Part shown: one piece after another, positions 37,886 to 50,475 of the stretch
How positions within the stretch are numbered: position 1 is the first letter of the stretch
Layout: the number at the start of each line of letters is the position of its first letter
Origin: Octopus vulgaris
Lineage: Eukaryota
Direction: 5' to 3'
Length of the DNA stretch: 64,000 nt
Assembly (NCBI GenBank): GCA_951406725.2
Contig: OX597820.1
Coordinates: forward strand, 4,278,001-4,342,000
Position numbers and translations under genes: made by a program
Notes under the pieces: generated by a model
Databases searched by the model: none
Told to the model about the DNA's origin: nothing
What the model saw: the letters and a program-made list of their open reading frames with translations, nothing else

Positions 37886-38149
37886 CATGTATGTATGTAT
37901 GTATATGTATATAATAAGCCAAATAGGCTGAGGTTCACTACGACTGTTTTCATTGATGATCAAATCAATCATGTTAGGAAAAAAAATCTGTTTGCTTCAG
38001 GTAAATTAAAAATTTAAGATTAAGATTTTGCACGCAAAGAATACTGGAGGTATTTTGATTCCCTTCATGCCTTTGATGACCAACAGAGATCTTGCCAGCT
38101 CCTGTCGAATGATCCAACCCATGCCAGCATGGAAAAAAAAGGATGTTAA

Positions 38150-38887
38150 ATGATGATGATGACGACAACGACAATGATGATGACAACGATGACGATGATG
38201 ATGAGGATGATGATGACGATGACGCCGATGATGATGATGATGATGATGGTGATGACGATGATGATGACAATGACGACGACGATGATGATGATAATGATGA
38301 TGATGATGATGATGATGACAATGATGATGACGATGATGATGATAATGATGATGATGATGATGATGACGATGATGACGATGATGATGATAATGATGATGAT
38401 GATGATGATGACGATGATGATGACGATGATGATGACGATGATGATGATAATGATGATGATGATGATGACGATGATGATGATGATGATAATGATGATGATG
38501 ACGATGATGACGATGATGATGATGATGATAATGATGATGATGATGATGATAACGATGATGATGATGATGATAATGATGATGATGACGATGATGACGACGA
38601 CGACGACAATGATGACAATGATGATGATGATAATGACAATGATGATGACGATGATGATGATGACGATGATGATGACGATGATGATGACGATGATGATGAT
38701 GATGACAATGACGACGATGACGATGATGATAATGATGATGATGATGATGATGACAATGATGATGACGATGATGATGATAATGATGATGATGATGATGATG
38801 ACGATGATGATGACGATGATGATGACGATGATGATGATAATGATGATGATGACGATGATGACGACGATGACGACGACGACGATGATA

Positions 38888-38919
<32 letters not shown>

Positions 38920-38975
38920 GATGATGAAGATGATGATGATGACAACGATGACGATGGTAACAACGGCGACGATGT
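38150..38975 (+). repeat. ~820-bp compound (GAT/GAC/AAT)n trinucleotide tract, the expanded tail of an RTE 3' end (38085-38150)
   Basis: Directly follows CCAACCCATGCCAGCATGG...GGATGTTAAA; triplet phase is kept throughout. Confidence 0.95.
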
Positions 38976-39955
38976 TGCTATCTTTTCATGTCACTTTATA
39001 TTAATCGTAATTTTGCACTTAAACTACGAAATGACACTGAATCTGATTCATTATCAAGAATGAAAAAACCTCATTGTTTCTCCTATAAAAACTTCGTCCA
39101 TCACTAATTTTTTGTTCTCCATACTTATTGTGTTTTTTGTAATGAAACTGTTTTCAGTTTCATTGCAAAGAATGGCCATAAGTTTGATGTTTTTTGCATA
39201 AAAAACTCATTACTGTTTACATAAAGACATTGCCTGTCCTCATAATTTTCTGGCTGAAGTTCGACCAGATGGCACAGAACGTAGACGTCACCCTCATTGA
39301 CCAGATGGCATAAACAGCTGTCTCTTGGGTTACACGGTTAAACCTTTAGCATGGTTTCGTGGCTAAATTGTTGATTCTGTGGTCCACAATTAAATTTTCA
39401 AATAAGTTTTGGTCATCCACAGCTTGACGGAAACTGTGTTGAAGCCTTCACTGCTTACAGATCATGTTACATAGATACAGATGCAGTTTGAGTCAGAGAA
39501 GACACGTTTTGTAGAGTTGCCAAAGTTGATGTAACATCTTTGATTCCAAATGTGTAACTTCCACATCTTCTTTACCATTATTTTGAGGCTACTGATGTTA
39601 AGGAACTGGTCACATTTGGGATTAAGATAGAGAAAAGTTCTTCATTATATATATTAAAGGTTTACTGTCAAGAAGCTGCATCGGAGCTCTGAGCAAGTCC
39701 TGTCTAAAACATGGAGGAAGTTCCCAGAGTAACAAAAAATTATAATATATATTTAAAAAAAAAAAGATGAAAATATCTCAACTGTTTGCTTGTTGACCTC
39801 CAGCTTGGCCGTGTGGTAAGAAGCTTGCTTCCCAACCACACGATTCCGAGTTCAGTCCCACTGCATAGCATCTTGGGCAAGTGTCTTCTACTATAGCCTC
39901 GGGCCAACTAAAGCCTTGCGATTGGATTTGGTAGACGGAAATTGAAAGGAACCTG

Positions 39956-40009
<54 letters not shown>

Positions 40010-40485
40010 TTATGTATGTGTTTTTGTGTCTGTGTTTGTCCCCCACCCCGGCTCCCTCATCGCTTGACAACCGATGTTGGTGTGTTTACGTCCCTGTAAC
40101 ATAATGGTTCAGCAGAAGACACTGTTAGAATAAGTACCAGGCTTACAAAGAATAAGTCCAAGGGTCGATTCCTTCAGCTAAAAAGGTGGTCCACAGTCAA
40201 ATGACTGAAACAAGTAAAAGAGTAAAAGAGTGCCAAGAAGCTGCACCATCTCTCTGAGAAAATCTTACCCAAAACAGGAATCAAAGAGCAAAGGTGAAAA
40301 TCAATGAAAGTTCCTGCCTTATTTGTTGGTCAGCTCCCAATCACTTCACCGATTACCAAGTCTTTGAAATGTTGGGACAATTGTCCTTTCAAAACATGGT
40401 ACAAAGATGTCTACCTATGCCTCAAATACACTCCTAATCAGTTAATACCTGTATATATATATATATATGTGTGTGTGTATATCTA

Positions 40486-40566
<81 letters not shown>

Positions 40567-41194
40567 ATACAAGTAATAAGAGAGTGACCACATGTGGTCC
40601 CTCTCTTATTACTTGTATTAATAATTTTTACTGTATCACAGTTTTTTTACGCTAGGCCACTTGGTGTTTTAAATTGATGTTATTAATCAATATTCAATTT
40701 TTTCACCCTTATTGTGATTTTAATTATATATATGTATATATATATGTGTATATATATATATATATGTGTGTATATATATGTATATATATGTATTTGGTCA
40801 GCATTTGGGATCATGACTTGTTTTTGTCTTTTTAAAGCTGTAAAAATCAATTTCATTGTTATGTCATCGTTTAACATCCGTTTTCCATGCTGGCATGGGT
40901 TGGATAGTTTGACTGGGGTCTGGGAAGCCAGGTGGCTGCACCAGGCCCCAATCTGATCTGGCAGTGTTTCTACAGCTGGATGACCTTCATCATTTTCATT
41001 TTACCTGTGTTTTTGATGCTGGTATGCTTTGAGTTCTGCCCAGGCATTTGGTGATGGGGTTCATCATGCTCTTACTTTTTTTTATAAGCTTGTCATGTCT
41101 TTGGCAAAACTAAAGGGCCCTCCTGGACTTCTTTGATGTTGCCACGTCTCAGGACAGAACAACTATTGTAAGGGGCTTCCTTTGCATAGCATAA

Positions 41195-41670
41195 GCACCA
41201 TTCGGGCGTGGTTGATGCCAGTGCTGCCTGATTGGTTCCGTGCCGGTGGCACATAAAAGGCATCATTTGAGCATAATCGTTGCCAGTGCCACCTGACTGG
41301 CTCCCATGCTGGTGGCACGCAAAAAGCACCATCTGAGCATGGTCGATACTAGTGCTGGCTGGCTGACTGGCCCCATGCCAGTGGTACGTAAAAAACACCA
41401 CTCAAGTGTGGTCATTGCCAGTGCCACCTGGTTGGGTCCCAAGCTGTTGGTACGTAAAAAGCACCATTCAAGCATGGTCAGTGCTAGTACTGCCTGACCT
41501 GCCCTCGTGCTGGTGGCATGTAAAAAGACCCACTACACTCTCAGAGTGGTTGGCATTAGGAAGGGCATCCAGCTGTAGAAACTTTGCCAGATTAGATTGG
41601 AGCCTGGTGCAGTTCTTGGTTAAACAGTCCAACCCATGCTAGCATGGAAAGCGGGTGTTAATGATGATGA
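41195..41670 (+). mobile_element. RTE 3'-end copy with ~5 tandem 60-67-bp units
   Basis: Repeated GCCAGT..ACTGGC..GTGC.GGTGGCAC.TAAAAAGCACC; standard 3' end. Confidence 0.85.
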
Positions 41671-42429
41671 TATCTACATTTGGCAGGTTATCCAAAATCC
41701 CTCTCCTGTGCAGGACTTAGGGTTAGGGTTACCTACTGTTACCACTTAAATCTTATTGAACACTTCTGCCAGCATTTTGCCCCCGTGCCATTCTCAACAG
41801 TCAGTGGAATGATAAGTTCTTTACCAACAGAGAAATCCGGGTGTGAATAGATGTCGTCAATATGAAACTCATGCTATTAATGAGACTGGTGTTCTGGGCA
41901 GGGTCTTCAGTTCCAATAACTTATTGGATCACCAACTGCCTGAAACAATATGGTAAAATATCCACTGGTCACTGTGACAAAACGGAAGGTACTGGGGTGG
42001 CGGCAAAGTCTCTGAGAGGAAACCCTTAGGTGCCAGTCACTCTTGCTTCAAACCACATGGATAAAAGAAGATTGAGGAAGAATTGTGACACAGCAGAAAC
42101 AAACCCAGAACAGAATTCCTCAAGATTCTCTTCCTTATTTTCAGATTACCTAAACCTGTACAAAATTATGTTTTCTGCTCTGTTTAGAAAGCAAAACATC
42201 TGCAGTGGAGTTGACCCTATGGCTCCTGAATCCCTTGGTTGTTTAATCCCCACTCACTCCCAAATCTTCTGAATCCTCTTCGTTTAATGTCCACTTTTCC
42301 CTGTTTGCATTGGTTAAGCAGAGTTCTTTACAGCCAGATGCTGCTCTTCCTGTTTCCAAGCAACACAAAGTTTCTCCAGATTTGGAATTGTTTTCACATG
42401 TGTGATGGTGATGCTTGTTTACATCCATC

Positions 42430-42916
42430 ATTTAATGTCACCTGTTCATACACGGGCTGCTTCCTGCACCAGTTCCGCATAGCCCCTGCCCATTCAAAGT
42501 ACCTTGGATTCCAGAACATCCCACTGTGCTTGAGGAGACCTATTGAGTCAAGTACATGAACATCGAAATAAATATCAATGGAAATAGTAGTTGTGATACC
42601 TGTGCCGGTGGCATATAAAAAGCACCATCCGAACGTGGCCGATGCCAGCGCCACCTCGACTGGCTTCTGTGCCGGTGGCACGTTAAAAGCACCAACCGAT
42701 CGTGGCCGCTGCCAGACTCCCCTGGCACCTGTGCCGGTGGCACGTAAAAAGCACCCACTACACTCATGGAGTGGTTGGCGTTAGGAAGGGCATCCAGCTG
42801 TAGAAACACTGCCAGATCAGACTGGAGCCTGGTGCAGCCTCCTGGCTTCCCAGACCCCCGGTCGAACCATCCAACCCATGCTAGCATGGAGAACGGACGT
42901 TAAACGATGATGATGA
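42430..42916 (+). mobile_element. RTE 3'-end copy
   Basis: Homologous to 36550-36915 and 51300-51720. Confidence 0.85.
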
Positions 42917-43169
42917 TATATATATATGTAAGGTTTAAGAATTAAGGTTAAGAAAATACATGTTAAGCACAGTATTGAAACCTTATTTCAGGGCATGTCC
43001 CAGGTCATGTGTCCGTAAAGCATGTTCACCACTTATGGTTACCAAGCATCATCAGCAATACTGAGCAAACATCATTGCAACAATTCCAGGAATTCCTGGA
43101 AGGACGTTGGGTAAATATCAAAGATAAAAAGAAAACATGGAATGTACCAACAAAAGAATTTTCCTATTA

Positions 43170-43274
43170 CCACAACAATCGTTTCATCCTCAAGATGTGC
43201 TGCTGCCTCGTGGGTGTAGAATGGTGCAACAACATCAGATGCAATGTGCAATGCATAGACGAATCCTCAGGTGG
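43170..43274 (-). ncRNA. Type-I hammerhead-like motif with long loop 2 (inverted partner 44061-44165)
   Basis: Minus strand: CCAC-CTGAGGA-...~75 nt...-GAAAC-GATT-GT-T-GTGG. Stem I is perfect; stem II is degenerate. Confidence 0.55.
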
Positions 43275-43339
43275 GATAACATGGTTTAACTCTGGAAGAT
43301 TTACAGTAGAGCTTCACTTTACAGGGAGGTTTTAATAGT

Positions 43340-43960
43340 TAGACTGACACACAGACAGACGCACACATTCATACATTTAAATCTATGCAAAAACATACAG
43401 ACACACACATTAATAATTATACATGTAGACACATGCCAGCACACATTACCACATGTATGTATGCCAGTCAAGTGCACATGTACACAGCTATACACACATA
43501 CAGAAACACACTTACACACACAGATACATCACTCAAGGCACAAAGATTCACCTGTTCACACATGCACGGATCACATCGACACAGTCACCATGTAGCACAC
43601 ACATGCACACACACAGGTACACCCACAGACACACTCACACAGGCACATTCACACACTCACACAATGGTCACAGACCCACTCACACACACACACACACACA
43701 TACACACACACATAACATACACGTGCGCACGTACCACCACACCCACACCACAGGACGTACAAGTTCAAGTGTACATTGACACCCGCAGTCTCACATGTCT
43801 GCAAGCAAGTACACTTATACACTCACACACACACACACACATAGAAACACATTGATTCTGCACATACATGCACACATGGATTGCACACACTCACAAGACT
43901 ACTCAGAAACACATGTAGGCACAGAACAATAAACGACACATGGGCAAAATCCCACACACC
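43340..43960. repeat. Cryptic (CA)-rich low-complexity tract
   Basis: Direct reading; explains the H/T-rich ORFs. Confidence 0.85.
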
Positions 43961-44060
43961 CGTCCATGGGCAGATAGCAATTTGTGGAAGGATAGCATGG
44001 TGTTAACTGTACAATGGGGATTATGGTAGTTTCAGTGCTGTATATTAAAACCTTATTATC

Positions 44061-44165
44061 CTACCTGAGGAGTCTTCTATGCCCTGTGTGTTGCACCTGG
44101 TGTTGTTGCATCATTCTATCTCCTCAAGGCCGCAGTGCATCTTGAAGATGAAACAATTGTTATAC
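44061..44165 (+). ncRNA. Type-I hammerhead-like motif with long loop 2
   Basis: CTGAGGA-GTCTTC...GAAGAT-GAAAC-AATT-GT-T. Stem II pairs and loop 3 is palindromic (AATT); stem I is degenerate. Confidence 0.55.
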
Positions 44166-44239
44166 TAAGATGAAATTTTTGTCCCTGGTACATTCCATCT
44201 TCTCCTTTCATCTAAAATATATACATATATATATGTATA

Positions 44240-44651
44240 CTAGCAGCCAAGCCCGGTTTCACCCGGTCTGTTTGGATAATGTGGCTGTGTTCATTTTCAG
44301 TTAAGCATAATCTATAACAGCGTTTGTCAACCTTTTCATTTCGGGTCCCCTGTTTCGATTGGAGCCTCCAGCTGAATGAAAATTTCCTGACCCCACCCCT
44401 TGTCAGAAAACAGCTCCTAAGCAACTGGTTGTTTTAATGGCAGAAGGAAGAGGGAAATTCCATTAGAAAAGGTTTTAATACATTTTCTCGGTAACTATGG
44501 GGGCTAGAGAAAAAATACAAACTGCATTCCAATCTAGGCACCCATCTCCACAAGCATACCATTTTTCACGTGAATCCACCCAGCCGTTTGGCTGTGAACC
44601 TCTAGACAAGAAAGAATACAACGATCATCCATGTCCAATTTATATTATAGA
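44240..44651 (-). mobile_element. Non-autonomous Helitron (~410 bp)
   Basis: Minus strand A|TCTATAATATAAA ... CCGG-GTGAAA-CCGG hairpin ... CTAG|T. Confidence 0.75.
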
Positions 44652-45122
44652 TGACTGGCATCTGTGCTAGTGGAGAACTAAGAGCACCATCTGAGCGTGA
44701 TCGTTGCCAAGGCCACTGACTGACCATCATGTTGCTGGCATGTAAAAAGCACCATTCAAGCATCATTACCAGCATCACCTTACTGGCACTTGTGCCGGTG
44801 GTACATGACAAACAACATTCGAACGAGGGTGTTGCCAGTGCCACTGGACTGGCTCCTGTGCAGGTGACACGTAAAAACACTATTTGAGTGAGGCCATTGC
44901 CAGTACTGCCTGACTGGCCCTCGTGCTGGTGGCACATTAAAAGCACCCACTACACTCTCGGCGTGGTTGGCATTAGGAAGTGCATCCAGCTGTAGAAATT
45001 CTGCCAGATCAAGATTGGAGCCTGGTGCAGCCAACTGGTTCACCAATCCCCAGTCAAACTATCCAACCCATGCTAGCATGGAAAGCGGATGTTAAACGAT
45101 GATGATGATGATGATGATGACG
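44652..45122 (+). mobile_element. RTE 3'-end copy with ~5 tandem units and (GAT)n tail
   Basis: Same unit structure and 3' end as the other copies. Confidence 0.85.
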
Positions 45123-45160
45123 ACATATATATATATATATATGCGTGTGTGTGTGCATGT

Positions 45161-45227
<67 letters not shown>

Positions 45228-45272
45228 TATATATATGCATATATACATATGTATATGTACATACATCTATAC

Positions 45273-45321
<49 letters not shown>

Positions 45322-45668
45322 CATATGTGGGCACAGGACGTCATGAAACGTGTACAACAAAAAAGTACAAAGCACGAGTACATGGAATATGAACAATTCT
45401 TTCGAACAACGAAAGATACAAATGGAAAACAAGACAAATAACATAAAGAATGACCCTTCATCAGTTGTTGGCTGTTTTGCTAGTCTCGTATTTCGAGCAT
45501 TTAACGACAATATACGCTTTTGTTAAAACAGTTGTTCCCGCAAAGCAAGTTAAATGAAATTTGGGATATATATATATATATATATACACACATGCATACA
45601 TACATACATACATACACATACACACACACGCACACACACACACATACATACATACATATATATATCTA

Positions 45669-45729
<61 letters not shown>

Positions 45730-46209
45730 GTATGTATATACATATATTGTACATATACATATATATTTATGTAAACGCATATATGCATATATATATGCAT
45801 AAATGCATGTACATATACATATGCGTACATATTTTTATACATACACATATATATATATATTTGCATATATATGTATGCACATTTAGATATATATAAAGAA
45901 GCTATAATTATACATATTCATAAATGTGTGTCTGTGTGTACGGGTGTATATCTATATATGAGCACACACACACACACACATATTAATAATCCCGTGAGCC
46001 CTTCCTCAAAGTAGTTGATTCAAAGATATTATAAAAGAAAAGAAATGGAATCTATTTGCTGAGATCAATTATCTGGACTGAGATTATGCACTGAAAGCTT
46101 TTATTAATGACATGTTCTGGAACAATGGTACACACACTGAACTGCTATATGATAGGCACATATAAACGCATGCATGCATGCACACATACACACATACACA
46201 CACATATAG

Positions 46210-46810
46210 ATATGTATGTAAGTATGTATTTATGTATGTATTTATGTATGTATGTATGTATGTATGTATGTATGTATGTATTTATGTATGTATGTATGTA
46301 TTTATGTATGTATGTATGTATGTATGTATGTATGTATTTATGTATGTATGTATGTATGCGTGTATGTATGTATGTGTGTATGTATGTATGTATGTATTTA
46401 TGTATGTATTTATGTATGTATGTATGTGTGTATGTATGTATGTATGTATGTATGTATGTATTTATGTATTTATGTATGTATGTATGTATGTATGCGTGTA
46501 TGTATGTATGTATTTATGTATGTATTTATGTATGTATGTATTTATGTATGTATGTATGTATGTATTTATGTATGTATGTATGTATGTATGTATGTATGTA
46601 TGTATGTATTTATGTATGTATTTATGTATGTATGTATGTATTTATGTATGCATTTATGTATGTATGTATGTATGTATGTATTTATGTATGTATGTATGTA
46701 CGTATGTATGTATTTATGTATGTATGTATTTATGTATGTATTTATGTATGTATTTATGTATGTATTTATGTATGTATGCATGTATGCGTGTATGTATGTA
46801 TGTATGTATA
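46210..46810. repeat. (TATG)n/(TATT) tetranucleotide microsatellite
   Basis: Direct reading; explains the MYVC ORFs. Confidence 0.97.
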
Positions 46811-46977
46811 TGTATAAATATGTGAGTATATATATACACACACAGAGAAGCTGGGAGCAGATCTGTGACAAATCGACCAGTGACTCTTTATCTTTGATGG
46901 GGAAACACCGAGATGGCATGACCTATACACGAGCTCATGTGTGTTTAATCTACCATTATCATTACTATATATAACAT

Positions 46978-46979
<2 letters not shown>

Positions 46980-47065
<86 letters not shown>
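46980..47065. repeat. (GT)n microsatellite
   Basis: Direct reading. Confidence 0.97.
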
Positions 47066-47070
<5 letters not shown>

Positions 47071-47164
47071 GATGATTGAAAAGTTTCTTTGTTTCTTCAG
47101 AATTAATACAAAGCATCATTTAAGATCTCTAAAGGGATCTCTGAATCACCTTGCATATACATGT

Positions 47165-47294
47165 GTGCATATGGCATAGTGGTTAAGAGTGCAGGTTACT
47201 AACCCCAAGATCACGAGTTCAATCCCAGGCAGTGACCTGAATAATAATAATGATGATGATAATAATAATAATGATAATAATAATAATAATAATA

Positions 47295-47347
<53 letters not shown>

Positions 47348-47354
47348 AATAATG

Positions 47355-47400
<46 letters not shown>
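47165..47400 (+). mobile_element. 5' half (tRNA head + AAT/GAT repeat) of the hammerhead-tailed SINE
   Basis: TGGCATAGTGG A box, GAGTTCAATCCC B box, CAGGCAGTGACCTG; homologous to 3135-3215. Confidence 0.8.
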
Positions 47401-47402
<2 letters not shown>

Positions 47403-47790
47403 GAAGAAAAAAAATGCTTTCTAATTGATGTATCAATACCGGCAGATGACAACGTGTCTCGAAAAGAAATGGAAAAACTTTCAAAATACAAAGACCTGGA
47501 AATAGAGGTAACCAGAATGTGGAATCTAAAAACAGAAACAATTCCTATCATAGTAGGTGCATTAGGCATGATAAAAAAATATTCAGACAAATACATAACA
47601 AAAACACCAGGACTTACAAACACATATAACATACAGAAAATTGCACTACTAGGCACTGCACACATCCTACGCAGAACACTTTCCATACAATAACCATCAG
47701 AGCATCACAACAAATCACAGCACATACCCAAGGCACACAGAGCTGCGCTCGGTAGTGAAGTGAAAGCACGCTATAAAAATAAAACTACTG
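47401..47790 (+). mobile_element. R4/Dong-clade LINE, short 3' fragment
   Basis: EKKCFLIDVSIP...KEMEKLSKYKDL...IQKIALLGTAHILRRTL* plus 3' UTR; flanked by (AAT)n on both sides; very similar to 49597-49985. Confidence 0.88.
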
Positions 47791-47794
47791 AATG

Positions 47795-47835
<41 letters not shown>

Positions 47836-47838
<3 letters not shown>

Positions 47839-49985
47839 CAATGTACAAAACATTTACTGCAGTAATATCACAAAGATTGAACAAGCACTTGGATGAAAAC
47901 AACCTGTTTCCAGAAGAGCAGAAAGGATACCACAAAGGCTCATATGGCTGTAAAGATCAACTAATGATCAATAAAGCCATAACTGAAGACAGCCACAGAA
48001 AGAAGAAAGGCCTCAGTATGGCCTGGATCGACTACAGAAAGGCGTTTGATAGCATCCCCCACACATGGATCCTCGAAACACTAGTCATTAACAAAGTAGC
48101 ACCAACAATTATAAAATACATAGGACACTCTATGAATAAATGGCAGACAGTGCTACAGCTCCAAACAAAAGAGGGACTCGTGAAAACTAAAGCCATCCCC
48201 ATTAGAAGAGGAATATTCCAGGGAGACACGCTCTCTCCACTCCTTTTCTGCTTGGCACTGTCACCTCTATCCGATATGCTAAATAGAACTGGATGCGGAT
48301 ATAAATGTTACAGCAAAACGATCAGCCACCTTTTATATATGGATGACCTAAAACTATACGCTACAAATGACAAACAGCTGGAAACACTACTAAAGACAGT
48401 TCATAGATTTACCAAAGAAATAGATATGAAATTTGGATTAGAAAAATGCACTAAAGTAACCCAGAAAAGAGGAAAACTAGTTAAGAGTAGCAACGTCACA
48501 CTAGATAAAGCCAATGAAATGAGAGAATTAGACCAAAGCCAAACTTACAAATATTTAAGAATCCATGAACTAGATAAGACACAACATACACAAATGAAAG
48601 AGAAAATAAAGAAAGAATACTATAGACGAGTTAGATCAATACTAAAAACAGAGCTCAATGCTAAAAACAAGATAATAGGTATCAACACTTTAGCTGTCCC
48701 AGTTATAAGTTACAGCTACAATATCCTTAACTGGACGCTAAATGAACTAACCAAAATAGATAGGAAAACAAGAAAAATAATGACAGGATCTAGGATGCAT
48801 CACCCAAAATCTGACATAAAAAGGTTATATATACAACGTATAGAAGGTGGTAGAGGCCTTATACAGCTGGAAAACTATTATAAAATAACCACCATAGGAC
48901 TGCAAAAATACCTACTTCAGAAGCAAGGAAAACTGATACAAATAGTGGCAAAACACAAGCAAAACAAAAAATTGTTCTCAGTATTTAAGGAAGCTGACAA
49001 ATACAAACAAGAAATCATACCACCAAACAAATATGAAGGAGAAGAAGAAGATGAAGAAACAACAAAAGCTATAAAACAAATGAAATCCAAACTAAAACTA
49101 GAACAGCAACGGACCATGATAAAACGATGGCAAGAAAAGCCCCTTCATGGCAAATACTAGACTAAACTAAATGCAAAAGAAATAGACAAAGAAAAATCGC
49201 TGCAATGGTTGAGAAGCTCAGGACTCAAAGCAGAGACAGAGGGATTTTTAATTGCAGCACAAGACCAAAGCCTCCCCACCAGAAATTACCAAAAACATGC
49301 AATGAAAAGAAATATAACAAGTAACTGCAGAATATGTGGAGATGGACAAGAAACAATAAATCATATTATCTCTGGCTGCTCAGTCCTGGCTAAGAAGGAA
49401 TATATTCACAGAAACGATAGAGTTGGGACCTACATACATTGGAAGCTATGCCAACATTATGGAATAACAACAGAAAAAAGATGGTATAGGCACACACCAG
49501 AAAAGGTCACAGAAAACGAGAAAGCAACCATACTCTGGGATATGCCGATACACACAGATAGAGAAATTAAGGCCAGATATAGTTGTTAGAGATCATGAAG
49601 AAAAAAAATGCTTTCTAATTGATGTATCAATACCAGCAGATGACAACGTTTCTCTAAAAGAAATGGAGAAACTTTCAAAATACAAAGACCTGGAAACAGA
49701 GGTAACTCGAATGTGGAATCTAAAAACAGAAACAATTCCTATCATAGTAGGTTCATTAGGTATGGTAAAAAAATATTCAGACAAATACATAACAAAAACA
49801 CCAGGACTTACAAACACATATAACATACAGAAAATTTCACTACTAGACACTGCACACATCCTACGCAGAACACTTTCCATGCAATGACCATCAGAGCATT
49901 ACAACAAATCATAGCACATACCCAAGGCACACAGAGCTGCGCTCGGTAGTGAAGTGAAAGCACCATATAAAAATAAAACTACTGA
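47836..49985 (+). mobile_element. R4/Dong-clade LINE, 5'-truncated, RT + CCHC finger + restriction-like endonuclease (pseudogenised)
   Basis: EQKG, WIDYRKAFDS, GIFQGDTLSP, LLYMDDLKL; TAG at 49158-49160; AAQDQ, CRIC...H...C, RND, then a frameshift near 49575 before PDIVV...IDVSIP...KLSKY; flanked by (AAT)n. Confidence 0.92.
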
Positions 49986-50006
49986 ATAATAATAATAATA
50001 ATAATA

Positions 50007-50247
50007 AGTTAAGCAGTTGTGATCGATGAAAAAGGTAGTAGTAGTACCAATAATTGTCAGTGAGCAGTGAGCAAAAATCTCAAGAAATATGTGGAAGTAA
50101 TAGGGGCTGCAATAAGGGTGGAGCACTTTCAGAAAACAGCACTGCTTGGGACAGCTTGAATACTCTGGAAGGTGCTCAAAAAATAAGAGGTGGTAGTGAA
50201 CAGCTGACACCATAGTACATCTCCAACGTTAGAAGTTGTGCAAAGAC
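50007..50247 (+). mobile_element. R4/Dong-clade LINE 3' fragment of a different subfamily
   Basis: KKVVVVPIIV...KNLKKYVEVIGAAIRVEHFQKTALLGTA*ILWKVL, between two (AAT)n tracts. Confidence 0.7.
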
Positions 50248-50320
<73 letters not shown>

Positions 50321-50323
<3 letters not shown>

Positions 50324-50475
50324 TCAAAAAATACCTTAGGAATGAGAACCCAGGTTTGAAATTTCCCCAAGACACCTGATGAAGGATGGAGGGTATATCA
50401 GCCGAAACGTTGTGTTAACAACAAATAAGATGAAGACAAATATCCGTCAAATGTAAATAATGTAAATAATGTAAT
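50321..50475 (+). mobile_element. 3' half of the hammerhead-tailed SINE
   Basis: ACATCAAAAAATACCTTAGGAATGAGAACCCAGG...CCGTCAAATGTAAATAATGTAA, colinear with 3277-3421. Confidence 0.85.
50371..50416 (+). ncRNA. Minimal type-I hammerhead ribozyme motif (Penelope-type)
   Basis: GACAC-CTGATGA-A-GGATGG(loop)TCAGCC-GAAAC-GT-T-GTGTT. Intact core boxes, stem I GACAC/GTGTT, stem II with one mismatch, palindromic AACGTT in place of stem III. Confidence 0.7.

Noticed and set aside
37974-39063. Poly-Ser, poly-Asp and poly-Met ORFs
   Set aside because: Frames of a triplet repeat attached to a LINE tail; no splice or domain support.
41717-41731. TTAGGGTTAGGGTTA telomere-like motif
   Set aside because: Only 2.5 units; expected by chance.
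45320-45480. Minus-strand CTGATGAAGG suggesting another hammerhead
   Set aside because: No matching stem II, GAAAC and stem I could be found.
47171-47240. Possible genuine tRNA gene (also 24334-24405 and 37815-37885)
   Set aside because: A/B boxes are present but I could not fold a convincing cloverleaf, and each is fused to a repeat body, so they are SINE heads.
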